DNA of 64,000 bases, from NCBI GenBank assembly GCA_944376195.1, contig CALWBW010000003.1, positions 2,707-66,706 of the forward strand, read 5' to 3'. The notes beneath the pieces were generated by a model that was given only the letters and a program-made list of their open reading frames with translations, searched no databases and had not been told where the DNA came from. This stretch comes from an uncultured Clostridia bacterium. Its GTDB lineage: Bacteria > Bacillota > Clostridia > Oscillospirales > QAMX01. Positions 16,517-27,083 of this stretch are shown one piece after another. Within the stretch, counting starts at the first letter, position 1. Each line of letters starts with the position of its first letter. Both the position numbers and the translations under genes were made by a program.

Positions 16517-17995
16517 ATGCGTACGATTACAGCGGACCTTTATCAGGAACGTGGGCCGCGCGACTGCTTTGGCACGTTTTGCGTCGGCGCGGGCCGCGCC
16601 AACGAAGCGCTGCGCTACGATTTTACGGAGCACTTGAAAACCGCGATTGCAAGCTGCGGTTTCCGTTACCTGCGTTTCCACGGGCTGTTCCACGACGATA
16701 TGGCCGTTTATCGGGAGGACCGTGACGGACATCCCATCTATAACTGGCAGTATATCGACGCGGTGTTTGACAAACTACTTGCGTTGGGTATCCGGCCGTT
16801 TGTTGAACTCTCGTTTACGCCGCGCGCCCTGGCGTCCGGAGAAAAGACGATCTTCTGGTGGCGCGGAAATGTGACGATGCCGAAAGACCTCGCAAAATGG
16901 GGCGCGCTGGTAGAGGCGTTTGTACAGCACTGTCTGGAGCGTTACGGACACGACGAGGTCGCACAGTGGTTTTTTGAAGTCTGGAATGAGCCGGATTACC
17001 CGGCCTTCTTTGCCGGGGATATGCACGATTATTTCCGCCTGTATGACGCGGCTGCGCGTGCGGTGAAGTCCGTCAGCCCCGTATTCCGTGTCGGCGGACC
17101 CGCGACTTCTTCCAACCGCTGGATCCCGGATATGATCGAGCACTGCGTGTCGGACGACGTCCCACTGGATTTTATTTCGACGCATACCTATGGCGTCGAG
17201 GGTGCGCTGGATGAATTTGGACGTGATTTGCACCGCCTGCTGGAGGATCCCGATACGATAGTCCGCGACGTTCGACGGGCGCGCCGTCAGATCCTCGACA
17301 GCGCCATGCCCCACCTGCCGCTTTACTATACCGAGTGGAGCGCCTCGTATTCCAGCCGGGACAATGTCCATGACTCCTATGTCTCCGCGCCCTATATCCT
17401 CTACAATTTAAAACGGATTGAGGGAAGCGTGGACGCCATGTCCTATTGGACGTTTACGGATGTTTTTGAAGAGGGCGGCCCGGCGCCTACGCCGTTCCAC
17501 GGCGGATTTGGTATGCTGAATTTGCAGGGCCTCAAGAAGCCCGCGTTTTATGCGTATGAGTTTTATCATGCGCTGGGCGCGCGCGAACTCACCTGCGAAG
17601 ACCCGGACGCCTGGGTCTGCCATGACGGCGACGACATCCAGGCGCTTTTCTGGAACTACCGGAAGTCCCGGCAGGGCGATGTGCCGAACGAGCACTATTT
17701 TACGCGCGACCTGCCGCCGCAGAGCAGCCAGGAGGTGTCGCTTGCCGTAGAGAGCCTTACCCCCGGAACATATCTCTATACGGAACGGCGCATCGGGTAC
17801 GGAAAGGCGGACGTCTTTGATGCTTACCGGGAGCTGGGCTGCCCGGAGAACCTGACGCGGGAGCAGGTGGCGGCGCTGGCCCTTTGTTCTCGCTGTACGC
17901 CGGTGTGCGAGCTCATCACGGTGGATGGAACGTTTTCCCGGGAATTTTCGCTTGCGGAAAACGAAGTCTGCCTCGTGGAACTGAAGAAACTTTAA
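16517..17995 (+). CDS. Glycoside hydrolase family 39 (beta-xylosidase-like), cytoplasmic
   Basis: ATG 16517 follows GAAGGAGGG. Motifs FRYLRFHGLFHDDM, FFEVWNEPD (acid/base) and YYTEWSASY (nucleophile context). Confidence 0.82.
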   Translation: MRTITADLYQERGPRDCFGTFCVGAGRANEALRYDFTEHLKTAIASCGFRYLRFHGLFHDDMAVYREDRDGHPIYNWQYIDAVFDKLLALGIRPFVELSFTPRALASGEKTIFWWRGNVTMPKDLAKWGALVEAFVQHCLERYGHDEVAQWFFEVWNEPDYPAFFAGDMHDYFRLYDAAARAVKSVSPVFRVGGPATSSNRWIPDMIEHCVSDDVPLDFISTHTYGVEGALDEFGRDLHRLLEDPDTIVRDVRRARRQILDSAMPHLPLYYTEWSASYSSRDNVHDSYVSAPYILYNLKRIEGSVDAMSYWTFTDVFEEGGPAPTPFHGGFGMLNLQGLKKPAFYAYEFYHALGARELTCEDPDAWVCHDGDDIQALFWNYRKSRQGDVPNEHYFTRDLPPQSSQEVSLAVESLTPGTYLYTERRIGYGKADVFDAYRELGCPENLTREQVAALALCSRCTPVCELITVDGTFSREFSLAENEVCLVELKKL

Positions 17996-18016
17996 AAGTG
18001 CGGTTGCGGTAAATCG

Positions 18017-18063
18017 AAAAAACGCCGTCCGATGGAAGGAAACCTTCCGCCGGACGGCGTTTG
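18017..18063. terminator. Bidirectional terminator between convergent GH39 and carA
   Basis: aaacgccgtccg...ggaagg aaa ccttcc...cggacggcgttt. Confidence 0.8.
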
Positions 18064-18081
18064 ATTGGAAATCAGAGAAAA

Positions 18082-19146
18082 TTAGCGGTTTTCCTGCATG
18101 AGGTCCAGGAAACGGTCGAATAAAAATGAGGTATCCTCCGGACCAGGCCGGGCTTCCGGATGGAACTGCACGGAAAATGCCTGCAGCGTGGGATAGTCGA
18201 GTCCTTCGCAGGTGCCGTCGTTGACATTTGTGAAACTGACGCGCCCATCCGCCGGCAATGCGTCTGAAAGTACGGCGTAACCGTGGTTTTGACTGGTGAT
18301 GTAGCATTTTCCCGTCGCGGTATCGCGTACCGGCTGGTTACACCCGCGGTGCCCATACTTGAGTTTACCGGTACGGCCGCCCTGCGCCAGCGCCATGAGC
18401 TGGTGCCCCAGGCAAATTCCGAATACCGGCAGGCGGCCCATCATCTTTTCCAATTCCGCGATTGCCGCGCCGTTATCCGCCGGATCACCGGGGCCGTTTG
18501 ACAGCATGACGCCGTCCGGCGCATCAGCCAGGATGGACTCCGCCGTTGTATGGTAGGGTACGGCTTTCACCGTACAGCCGCGCGAGACAAGGTCTTTGAT
18601 GATGCCGCGCTTGGCGCCATAGTCTACCAGGGTGACGCGGAACCGTTCTTTCCCTTCCGCCGGATACAGGCGGACCTCTTTGGCACTGACCTGCTCCACC
18701 GCGTGTTCGACGCGGTAGGCGCGCAGCGCGCCTAAAGTTTGCGGGACAGAGGTGCAGATCATGGCGTTCATCACGCCGCTTTCCCGGATCACCTTGGTGA
18801 TGTGACGCGTATCAACGCCCATGATCCCAACGACGCCCTGTGATTTCAAGAAGGCGTCTAAATCTTCCTGCGAGCGGAAATTCGACGGCGTATCGCACCA
18901 CGTGCGCATCACGCAGCCACGTACGACACACGCACCCTCGAAGTCTTCCGGAATAATGCCGTAATTTCCGATGGACGGAAACGTGAACAGTACAATTTGT
19001 CCGCAATAACTGGGATCGGTGAGCGTTTCGATGTATCCGCTCATTCCGGTGTTGAACACCAGTTCACCGGTCGCGTCAACCGGCGCGCCCAGCCTCGTCC
19101 CCTCAAAGACATCTCCATTTGCCAAAACAAGATAAGCTTTCTCCAT
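18082..19146 (-). CDS. carA: Carbamoyl-phosphate synthase small (glutaminase) subunit
   Basis: 354 aa with N-terminal CPSase_sm domain and GATase motifs GICLGHQL and FSVQFHPE. No carB is adjacent. Confidence 0.92.
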   Translation of the reverse strand: MEKAYLVLANGDVFEGTRLGAPVDATGELVFNTGMSGYIETLTDPSYCGQIVLFTFPSIGNYGIIPEDFEGACVVRGCVMRTWCDTPSNFRSQEDLDAFLKSQGVVGIMGVDTRHITKVIRESGVMNAMICTSVPQTLGALRAYRVEHAVEQVSAKEVRLYPAEGKERFRVTLVDYGAKRGIIKDLVSRGCTVKAVPYHTTAESILADAPDGVMLSNGPGDPADNGAAIAELEKMMGRLPVFGICLGHQLMALAQGGRTGKLKYGHRGCNQPVRDTATGKCYITSQNHGYAVLSDALPADGRVSFTNVNDGTCEGLDYPTLQAFSVQFHPEARPGPEDTSFLFDRFLDLMQENR

Positions 19147-19182
19147 AGATACCCCTTCGTATAGGAAATCCGTCCGGCGCGC

Positions 19183-20910
19183 TTAGTTCTCCCCCTGGAG
19201 GGCATCGTAGCCCTCTTCGCCGGTTCTGACGCGCACGACGTTTTCTACATTATATACGAAAATCTTGCCGTCGCCAATATTTCCTGTGTAAAGAGCTTTC
19301 TTGGCAGCTTCAATGACCGTACGGACCGGGACCTTGCTGACAACGATTTCCACTTCCACTTTCGGAAGAAGGTTCGTCTCAACCGGAACGCCACGGTACT
19401 TTTCAATATGACCTTTCTGTGCGCCGAAGCCCAAAACCTGCGTGACGGTCATGCCGGTGACGCCGATTTTGTTCATAGCGTTCTTAAGCGCTTCAAACTT
19501 ACCCTGTTTGCAGATAATGTCGACTTTCGTCATCTTGACGCCGCCGGCAATGTCCGGCGTTTCGGCGCCTTTGACCTCGACAGGGACTGCAACCTCCGCC
19601 GGGACGGAGCCTGTGATCTCGGCCGCTTCGGCAACGCCGTCGTAAATATGCTCGACGGTCGGGGTGAAGTCCGCGTAGGCGCTGGAGAGTCCGTGCTCAG
19701 TCACGTCAAGGCCCAGTACTTCTTCTTCTGCGGAAACGCGCAGACCGTTGAATTTCTTAATCAAAGCGTACGTGATAATCATGCACACCGTGGCATAGGC
19801 GCCGACGGACAGAACGCCGAGCAGCTGGACGCCGAGCTGCGTGAAGGAACCGGTGTAAAAAAGTCCGGAGAGTCCGGCCGGGGCGTCGGGGTTGGCAAGC
19901 AGGCCGACCGCGATGGTGCCCCAGATGCCGTTGGCAAGATGCACGCCGACGGCGCCGACAGGGTCGTCGATATGGAGTTTAAGGTCTAAGAACTCAACCA
20001 CTACCACAACGAGAATACCGGAAACGATACCGATGACGCTTGCGCCGAGCGCGTCAACCGCCGAGCAACCCGCCGTTACGCCGACGAGTCCTGCCAGCGA
20101 AGCGTTTAAACACATGGAAACGTCCGGCTTGCCGTTTTTCAGCCAGGTAAAGATCATACAGGTACAGGTCGCGACAGCAGGCGCGATGGTTGTCGTCAGG
20201 AAGATGGATGCAAGAGACGAGGTGTCCCAGGCTGCGGCGCCGTTAAAGCCGTACCAGCCGAACCAGAGGATAAAGCAGCCGAGCGCGCCAAGCGTGATGG
20301 AATGGCCGGGGATTGCGTGAACCTTGATGCTGCCGTCGGGGTTTTTCGTGTATTTGCCAAGACGGGGGCCGACGAAGATCGCGCCGACCAGCGCTGCGAT
20401 ACCGCCTACCATGTGGATTGCGCAGGAACCGGCAAAGTCATGGAAGCCCATCTGTACCAGCCAGCCGTTCGAGTTCCAGATCCATCCGGCCTCAATGGGG
20501 TAAATAACAAGGGAAATAACGCCGGAGTAAATGCAGTAGGCGCTGAACTTGGTGCGTTCCGCCATGGCGCCGGATACGATGGTAGCGGCCGTCGCGCAGA
20601 ACACGAGGTTGAAGACGAAGGTGGAAGCGCCGGTGAATCCTTCGCCGGTGGAAGTAATCATTGCCTTAAACTGGGTAAAAATATCCAGATTCGGAATGCC
20701 GATCAGCCCGAATACATAATCTTCCGCCATCATTAGACTGAAGCCTAAAAGACAGAACACCACGGTGCCGATACAGAAGTCCATCAGGTTCTTCATGATA
20801 ATGTTGCCCGCGTTTTTTGCACGAGTGAAGCCGGTTTCCACCATTGCAAAACCAGCCTGCATAAAGAATACCAATGCTGCGCCGATTAGATACCAAAATT
20901 CAATTGTCAT
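19183..20910 (-). CDS. amtB: Ammonium transporter (Amt) fused in frame to a C-terminal PII (GlnB/GlnK) domain
   Basis: ATG 20910 lies 8 nt after GGAGG. The Amt membrane domain is followed by a ~45-aa linker, then a 116-aa PII domain ([17 protein letters not shown]...[14 protein letters not shown]...GDGKIFV) encoded at 19183..19533. There is no stop between the two parts. Confidence 0.9.
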   Translation of the reverse strand: MTIEFWYLIGAALVFFMQAGFAMVETGFTRAKNAGNIIMKNLMDFCIGTVVFCLLGFSLMMAEDYVFGLIGIPNLDIFTQFKAMITSTGEGFTGASTFVFNLVFCATAATIVSGAMAERTKFSAYCIYSGVISLVIYPIEAGWIWNSNGWLVQMGFHDFAGSCAIHMVGGIAALVGAIFVGPRLGKYTKNPDGSIKVHAIPGHSITLGALGCFILWFGWYGFNGAAAWDTSSLASIFLTTTIAPAVATCTCMIFTWLKNGKPDVSMCLNASLAGLVGVTAGCSAVDALGASVIGIVSGILVVVVVEFLDLKLHIDDPVGAVGVHLANGIWGTIAVGLLANPDAPAGLSGLFYTGSFTQLGVQLLGVLSVGAYATVCMIITYALIKKFNGLRVSAEEEVLGLDVTEHGLSSAYADFTPTVEHIYDGVAEAAEITGSVPAEVAVPVEVKGAETPDIAGGVKMTKVDIICKQGKFEALKNAMNKIGVTGMTVTQVLGFGAQKGHIEKYRGVPVETNLLPKVEVEIVVSKVPVRTVIEAAKKALYTGNIGDGKIFVYNVENVVRVRTGEEGYDALQGEN

Positions 20911-20956
20911 AACGTTTGCCTCCAATAAAAAGTAATTAGAGTAAAAACTTTTTTAT

Positions 20957-20999
20957 ATAAAAAAGACAAAGGTGCCCAGTTCACACAGGCCCCTTTGCC
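20957..20999 (-). terminator. Hairpin plus U-run between gltD and the amt-PII gene
   Basis: The minus strand reads GGCAAAGGGGCC-tgtgtgaact-GGGCACCTTTGTC followed by TTTTTT. Confidence 0.65.
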
Positions 21000-21015
21000 T
21001 TCGTTTCAAAATTAT

Positions 21016-22503
21016 TTAATCCAGATTGGTATATCCCATCAAAAATTCGTCGACCTCGCGTGCTACCGCGCGCCCTTCCGCAATTGCCCATACGACCAAA
21101 GACTGCCCTCTTCGCATGTCTCCCGCCGCAAAGACTTTCTCGGAACCGGTGGCATAGCGGCCTTCTTGGGTTTTGACATTGCTCCTGCCGTCGCGCTCGA
21201 CCTGGAACGCGTCGGCCGCATAGTCTTGGGGCCCCAGGAAACCTGCCGCAATCAGCAGTAATTCCGCAGGAAGGATTTCTTCACTTCCGGGAATTTCCAC
21301 CATATTCAAGCGTCCGGTTTCCGGATTCCGCACGGCGTCAAGCCGCACGGTTTTTACCGCTTTCAGCGCGCCCTGCTCGTCTGCGAGCAGTTCCTTGACG
21401 GTCGTTTGATAGATCCGCGGGTCTTTTCCAAATACGGCGATGGCCTCCTCTTGCCCGTAATCGGTTTTGAGGGTACGCGGCCATTCCGGCCAGGGATTCG
21501 ACGCCGTACGGGTTTCCGGCGGCTTCGGCATCATCTCCAGTTGTACGACGGACGCACAACCGTGACGGATCGCCGTACCGACACAGTCGTTGCCGGTATC
21601 GCCGCCTCCGACGACGACGACGTGCTTTCCCGCAGCAGAGAGGTAACTGCCGTCTTCCAGTCCGGAGTCCAGCAGGCTCTTCGTCGTGGACTTTAAAAAA
21701 TCGACCGCGAAGACAACGCCCGTACTGTCGCGTCCGGGGACATTCAAATCACGCGGCTTCTTCGCGCCGCAACACAGAATGACTGCGTCAAAATCCCGCA
21801 GCAGGTCTTCTGCCGGGATGTCCCGCCCAATATCCGCATTGGTGATAAACCGGACACCTTCGTCCGTCATCAACTGGATGCGGCGCAGGACCACGTCTTT
21901 CTCCAGTTTCATGTTGGGAATCCCATACATGAGGAGCCCGCCCGGCCGGTCGTCCCGTTCGTACACGGTTACTTCATGCCCGCGGTGATTGAGTTGATCT
22001 GCCGCAGCAAGTCCCGCAGGACCGGAGCCGACGACCGCAACCCGTTTACCGGTCCGTACAGCCGGAGGTTCCGGCTGTATCCGTCCTGAGGCATAGGCAT
22101 CGTCGGAAATGGCCAGCTCATTTTCCCGTACAGTGACGGGATCGCCGTTTAACCCGCAGGTACAGGCTGCCTCACACAGCGCCGGGCAGACCCGCCCGGT
22201 GAATTCCGGAAAATTGTTCGTTTTGCGGAGCCTGTCAAATGCGTGTCCGGGATTTCCGAGATAGGTCATGTCGTTCCATTCCGGGATCAGGTTGTGCAGC
22301 GGACAACCCGTGAACGCACCGCCAATCGAAACACCCGATTGGCAAAACGGAACGCCGCAGTCCATACAGCGCGCGCCTTGCGCTCGGCGAAGTTCCTCTG
22401 ACAGGCGTGGATGAAATTCGCGGAAATTCCGAATCCGCTCCAACGGGGAGACGGAAGGGTTTGTTTGTCGGTTATATTCCAGAAAACCGGTTGCTTTTCC
22501 CAT
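21016..22503 (-). CDS. gltD: Glutamate synthase (NADPH) small subunit
   Basis: ATG 22503 follows GGAGGGGG. The product is [12 protein letters not shown].... It has Cys clusters and two GxGxxG nucleotide-binding motifs ([14 protein letters not shown]). Confidence 0.93.
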   Translation of the reverse strand: MGKATGFLEYNRQTNPSVSPLERIRNFREFHPRLSEELRRAQGARCMDCGVPFCQSGVSIGGAFTGCPLHNLIPEWNDMTYLGNPGHAFDRLRKTNNFPEFTGRVCPALCEAACTCGLNGDPVTVRENELAISDDAYASGRIQPEPPAVRTGKRVAVVGSGPAGLAAADQLNHRGHEVTVYERDDRPGGLLMYGIPNMKLEKDVVLRRIQLMTDEGVRFITNADIGRDIPAEDLLRDFDAVILCCGAKKPRDLNVPGRDSTGVVFAVDFLKSTTKSLLDSGLEDGSYLSAAGKHVVVVGGGDTGNDCVGTAIRHGCASVVQLEMMPKPPETRTASNPWPEWPRTLKTDYGQEEAIAVFGKDPRIYQTTVKELLADEQGALKAVKTVRLDAVRNPETGRLNMVEIPGSEEILPAELLLIAAGFLGPQDYAADAFQVERDGRSNVKTQEGRYATGSEKVFAAGDMRRGQSLVVWAIAEGRAVAREVDEFLMGYTNLD

Positions 22504-22516
22504 AATTCCCCCTCCT

Positions 22517-25500
22517 TTAGTTCGCGGCGTTTGCGTAAAACGCGTCCATTTCCGCTTGTTCACGGGTTTCGCCCAGTTCTTCAAAATGCGCGATGCCTTG
22601 GAGCATACGCCGGTAATCAGTCGGCATCACCTTTTTGAAAGACGGCAGGTAACTTTGAAAATCTGCAAGGATTCGCTCGGCTACCGCAGAGCCGGTTGCT
22701 TTATAATGTTCTTCAATCAGCTCGCGCAGTTCGTCAATATCGCGGCTTTTTGTCACCAGTTCGATGGAAACCAGGTCTTTATTGACGCGGCGGTAAAAGT
22801 CGTGCGCTTCGTCCAAAACATACGCCACACCGCCGGACATGCCGGCCGCGAAGTTTCGGCCGGTAGGACCCAGTATGACGACGCGGCCGCCCGTCATATA
22901 TTCACAGCCATGATCGCCTACGCCCTCGCAAACGGCGCTGGCGCCGGAATTCCGCACGCAGAAGCGTTCGCCCGCGATACCGCGGATAAAGGCACGGCCG
23001 CTGGTTGCACCATAGAGCGCAACATTTCCGATAATCACGTTTTCCTCAGCGGCAAAGCGGCTGTTTTTCGGCGGGTATACGATCAGGCAACCGCCGGACA
23101 GCCCTTTTCCGAAGTAATCGTTGCTGTCGCCTTCCAGTTCCAGCGTAAGCCCTTTTGGAATAAACGCACCGAAGGATTGCCCGCCGCCGCCGGTACAGCG
23201 AATGGTATAGGTGCCGTCCGGAAGAGAATTCCCATGCAATCTGGTGATTTCCGCGCCGAAGATGGTACCCAGAGTCCGGTCGGTGCTGGAAACCTGAAGT
23301 TCCAGATGCCCCGGTTTGCCCCGCTTGAGCTGCTTTTCCAGAGATTTTAACAACACGCGTTCATCAAGCGTCTGCGCAAGACCAAAGTCGTAGACGTCTT
23401 CCGGGCGGAATCGTTCCGCAACCGTATCGGACCCGGCCAGTACGCGGGAGAGATCCACGCTTGCCGCACGATGCGTCACCATATGTTCGCGCATACGCAG
23501 AAGATCGGTGCGTCCGACCAGTTCGTCGACCGTGCGGATACCAAGAGAGGCCATGATTTCACGGAGCTCCTCCGCGATGAACCGCATAAAATTCTCCACA
23601 TACTCCGGCTTTCCGCGAAACCGTTTCCGCAGCTCCGGATTCTGGGTTGCAATGCCCACCGGGCAGGTGTCTTTGTTGCAGACACGCATCATCACACAGC
23701 CCATGGTAACGAGCGGCGCGGTTGCAAACCCGAATTCCTCCGCGCCCAGCATACAGGCGATGGCTACGTCGCGGCCGGACATCAATTTTCCGTCTGTTTC
23801 AAGCCGTACGCGGGAACGCAGCCCGTTTTGTACCAGCGTCTGATGCGTCTCGGAAAGACCGAGCTCCCACGGAAGACCCGCGTCGTGAATGGAAGTACGC
23901 GGCGCGGCGCCGGTACCGCCGTCATAACCGGAAATCAGGATCACCTGCGCGCCGGCCTTTGCAACGCCTGCCGCAATGGTGCCGACGCCCGCCTCGGAAA
24001 CCAGTTTTACGGAAATCCGCGCGCGGCAATTGGCATTTTTCAAGTCGTAAATGAGTTGGGCCAGATCTTCAATCGAATAAATATCGTGGTGCGGGGGCGG
24101 GGAAATCAGGGAAACGCCCGGCGTCGAGTGACGGGTTTTGGCAATCCACGGATACACCTTTTTCCCCGGCAGATGACCGCCTTCACCCGGTTTTGCCCCC
24201 TGTGCCATTTTAATCTGAATTTCTTCCGCGCTGACAAGATACTCGCTCGTGACGCCAAAGCGTCCCGACGCCACCTGTTTAATGGCGGAACCGCGCTCTG
24301 TGCCAAGACGCTCGGGCATTTCGCCGCCCTCGCCGGAGTTGGAACGCCCACCCAAACGGTTCATTGCAATGGCCATACATTCATGCGCTTCCTGTGAGAT
24401 GGAACCGTAGGACATGGCGCCGGTCTTAAAGCGCTTGACGATTTCGGAAACCGGCTCGACTTCCTCAATTGGGATTCCTCCGTCGGGGCTCTTGACAAAG
24501 TCAAGCAGACCACGCAGGGTATGCGGCTTTGTTTCATCGTCGACCATGGCGGTGTATTGCTTAAAAATTCCGTAATCACCCGATTGCACTGCCCGCTGCA
24601 GGGTGACGATGGTGAGCGGGTTATACATATGGTCTTCTTTGTCGGGACCGCTGCGCAATTGGTGCGCCCCCACGGTATCCAGCGTGGAATCGGTTCCCAG
24701 GCCCAGCGGATCAAATGCACGCGAATGACGCCATTCGACGCCCTCTGCAATTTCCTCGAGGCCGATTCCGCCGACGCGGCTGATGGTGTTGGTAAAATAC
24801 CGGTCAATGACGTCGCCGCGGATGCCAATGGCCTCAAAAATTTGCGCGCTTTGATAGGATTGAATGGTGGAAATCCCCATCTTGGAGGCAATTTTGACGA
24901 TGCCGTGCAAAACGGCGCTGTTATAGTCGTCGATGGCAACGTGCAGGTCTTTGTCAAGCAATCCTTTTTCGGAGAGCTCTGCAATGCACTCCTGCGCAAG
25001 ATAAGGGTTGACAGCCCGTGCGCCGTAACCAAGCAGCGTTGCGAAATGGTGGACGCTGCGGGGCTCCGCGCTTTCCAAAATCACGGAAACCGCCGTGCGT
25101 TTCTTGGTGCGGATGAGATATTGTTCGAGCGCCGAAACCGCCAGGAGGGACGGAATGGCCACGTGGTTTTCGTCCACGCCGCGGTCTGACAGGATAATTA
25201 CGTTTGCACCGTTTCGGTAAGCCCGGTCGCAGTGGACAAAGAGGTGATCGAGCGCCCGATCAAGCGGCGTATTCTTATAATAAAGCAGGGAAACGGTCTC
25301 CACCTGGAACCCCGGCTTTTTCATATCCCGAATTTTCATCAAATCCACACTGGTGAGAATGGGATTATGGATCTCAAGGACATTACAGTTGTCGGGGAGA
25401 TCCTCAAGCAGGTTCCCGTCATCGCCGATATAAACGGTGGTATCCGTGACAATTTCCTCCCGGATGGCGTCGATCGGCGGGTTTGTCACCTGCGCAAACA

Positions 25501-27055
25501 GTTGCTTAAAATAATTGAAAAGTGGTTGATGCTTTTCCGAGAGAACGGCAAGCGGAATATCTGTCCCCATGGATGCGGTCGGTTCGCTGCCTGTCTGCGC
25601 CATCGGCAGAATCACGGACTTCACATCCTCGTATGTATAACCGAAAGCTTTGTAAAGCTGGTCTCTGCGCGTTTGGCTGTGCGTCTCCACACGCCGGTTG
25701 GGAATGGGGAGATCTTTTAACCGGACAAGCTCCTGATCCAGCCACTCTCCGTAGGGCTGGCTGGACGCATATCGCTCTTTCAGTTCGTCGTCATCTACCA
25801 GCGTTTTCCGGACAGTGTCCACAAGCAGCATTTTGCCCGGGCGCAGCCGAGATTTTTTCACGATGTGCGCCGGATCGATGTCCAAAACGCCGACTTCGGA
25901 GGCAAGGATCAACGTGCCGTGGTCGGTAATGGTATAACGCGCCGGACGCAGGCCGTTACGGTCGAGCACCGCGCCGACGATGTCGCCGTCGGAGAATAAT
26001 ACGGCCGCCGGGCCGTCCCACGGTTCCATCATGGTTGCATAATAGTGATACATATCGCGCTTGGCGCGGGACATATCCTCATTATTTGCCCAAGGCTCCG
26101 GAATGGTGAGCATCACGGCTTTTGGCAGATCCATGCCGCTGAACATGAAAAACTCCAACGCATTATCCAGCATAGCGGAGTCGGAACCGGAGGTCTCAAC
26201 AACAGGAAGGATTTTATCCATATCGTTTGCAAGCAACGGGCTGTACATCGTTTCTTCCCGCGCGAGCATGCGGTCGATATTGCCGCGGATGGTATTGATT
26301 TCCCCGTTATGCAGGATCAGACGGTTGGGATGCGCACGCTCCCAACTGGGATTCGTGTTGGTAGAGAACCGGGAGTGGACCAGCGCGATTGCCGATTCGT
26401 AGTCATGATCTTGCAGGTCAGGATAAAAGCGCCGCAGCTGGTGTACCAAAAACATCCCCTTATAGACAATGGTACGGCTGGAAAGCGAGGGAACGTAGGT
26501 GTTGTCGTTCGACTGTTCAAAAACGCGCCGTACGACATAGAGCTTTCGGTCAAAGTCAAGGCCGCGGGGCGTATCATCCGGGCGCTTGATGAAGCATTGC
26601 ATGATTTGCGGCATACAGCTGCGCGCTTTTTGCCCCAAAACATCAGGATCAACCGGTACGTGCCGCCAGCCCAAAAATTCCATGCCCTCTTTTGCCGTGA
26701 TAATCTCCAGCATTTTCATGGCTTGGTTGCGCTTCAATACATCCTGCGGGAAGAAAAACATTCCCACGCCATAGTCGCGCTCTTCTCCAAGCGTTATCCC
26801 GGCTTCGCGCGCCGCTCGAGAAAAGAACCGATGGGAAATCTGCAATAGAATCCCGACGCCGTCGCCGGTTTCGCCTGTGGCGTCCCGGCCCGCCCGGTGT
26901 TCCAGCTTTTCTACGATTTTCAGTGCGTCGTCCACGGTCTGATAGGACTTTCTGCCCTGAATATCGACGACTGCGCCGATTCCGCACGCATCGTGCTCAA
27001 AACGCGGCTCATAGAGCCCGCGTTGCTCTCTATCCTTGCCGTACTCCGCTTTCAC
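22517..27055 (-). CDS. gltB: Glutamate synthase large subunit
   Basis: 1512 aa. Ntn-amidotransferase start ...FEHDACGIGAV, then FMN and GXGXG domains. GTG start with AAGGAGG. Confidence 0.96.
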   Translation of the reverse strand: MKAEYGKDREQRGLYEPRFEHDACGIGAVVDIQGRKSYQTVDDALKIVEKLEHRAGRDATGETGDGVGILLQISHRFFSRAAREAGITLGEERDYGVGMFFFPQDVLKRNQAMKMLEIITAKEGMEFLGWRHVPVDPDVLGQKARSCMPQIMQCFIKRPDDTPRGLDFDRKLYVVRRVFEQSNDNTYVPSLSSRTIVYKGMFLVHQLRRFYPDLQDHDYESAIALVHSRFSTNTNPSWERAHPNRLILHNGEINTIRGNIDRMLAREETMYSPLLANDMDKILPVVETSGSDSAMLDNALEFFMFSGMDLPKAVMLTIPEPWANNEDMSRAKRDMYHYYATMMEPWDGPAAVLFSDGDIVGAVLDRNGLRPARYTITDHGTLILASEVGVLDIDPAHIVKKSRLRPGKMLLVDTVRKTLVDDDELKERYASSQPYGEWLDQELVRLKDLPIPNRRVETHSQTRRDQLYKAFGYTYEDVKSVILPMAQTGSEPTASMGTDIPLAVLSEKHQPLFNYFKQLFAQVTNPPIDAIREEIVTDTTVYIGDDGNLLEDLPDNCNVLEIHNPILTSVDLMKIRDMKKPGFQVETVSLLYYKNTPLDRALDHLFVHCDRAYRNGANVIILSDRGVDENHVAIPSLLAVSALEQYLIRTKKRTAVSVILESAEPRSVHHFATLLGYGARAVNPYLAQECIAELSEKGLLDKDLHVAIDDYNSAVLHGIVKIASKMGISTIQSYQSAQIFEAIGIRGDVIDRYFTNTISRVGGIGLEEIAEGVEWRHSRAFDPLGLGTDSTLDTVGAHQLRSGPDKEDHMYNPLTIVTLQRAVQSGDYGIFKQYTAMVDDETKPHTLRGLLDFVKSPDGGIPIEEVEPVSEIVKRFKTGAMSYGSISQEAHECMAIAMNRLGGRSNSGEGGEMPERLGTERGSAIKQVASGRFGVTSEYLVSAEEIQIKMAQGAKPGEGGHLPGKKVYPWIAKTRHSTPGVSLISPPPHHDIYSIEDLAQLIYDLKNANCRARISVKLVSEAGVGTIAAGVAKAGAQVILISGYDGGTGAAPRTSIHDAGLPWELGLSETHQTLVQNGLRSRVRLETDGKLMSGRDVAIACMLGAEEFGFATAPLVTMGCVMMRVCNKDTCPVGIATQNPELRKRFRGKPEYVENFMRFIAEELREIMASLGIRTVDELVGRTDLLRMREHMVTHRAASVDLSRVLAGSDTVAERFRPEDVYDFGLAQTLDERVLLKSLEKQLKRGKPGHLELQVSSTDRTLGTIFGAEITRLHGNSLPDGTYTIRCTGGGGQSFGAFIPKGLTLELEGDSNDYFGKGLSGGCLIVYPPKNSRFAAEENVIIGNVALYGATSGRAFIRGIAGERFCVRNSGASAVCEGVGDHGCEYMTGGRVVILGPTGRNFAAGMSGGVAYVLDEAHDFYRRVNKDLVSIELVTKSRDIDELRELIEEHYKATGSAVAERILADFQSYLPSFKKVMPTDYRRMLQGIAHFEELGETREQAEMDAFYANAAN

Positions 27056-27083
27056 GGCGGCACCTCCTTACCTTCCTGGGAAC

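Noticed and set aside
20911-20925. TTG start at 20925 for the Amt-PII gene.
   Set aside because: The TTG overlaps the GGAGG Shine-Dalgarno sequence (plus-strand cctcc at 20919-20923), which is correctly spaced for ATG 20910.
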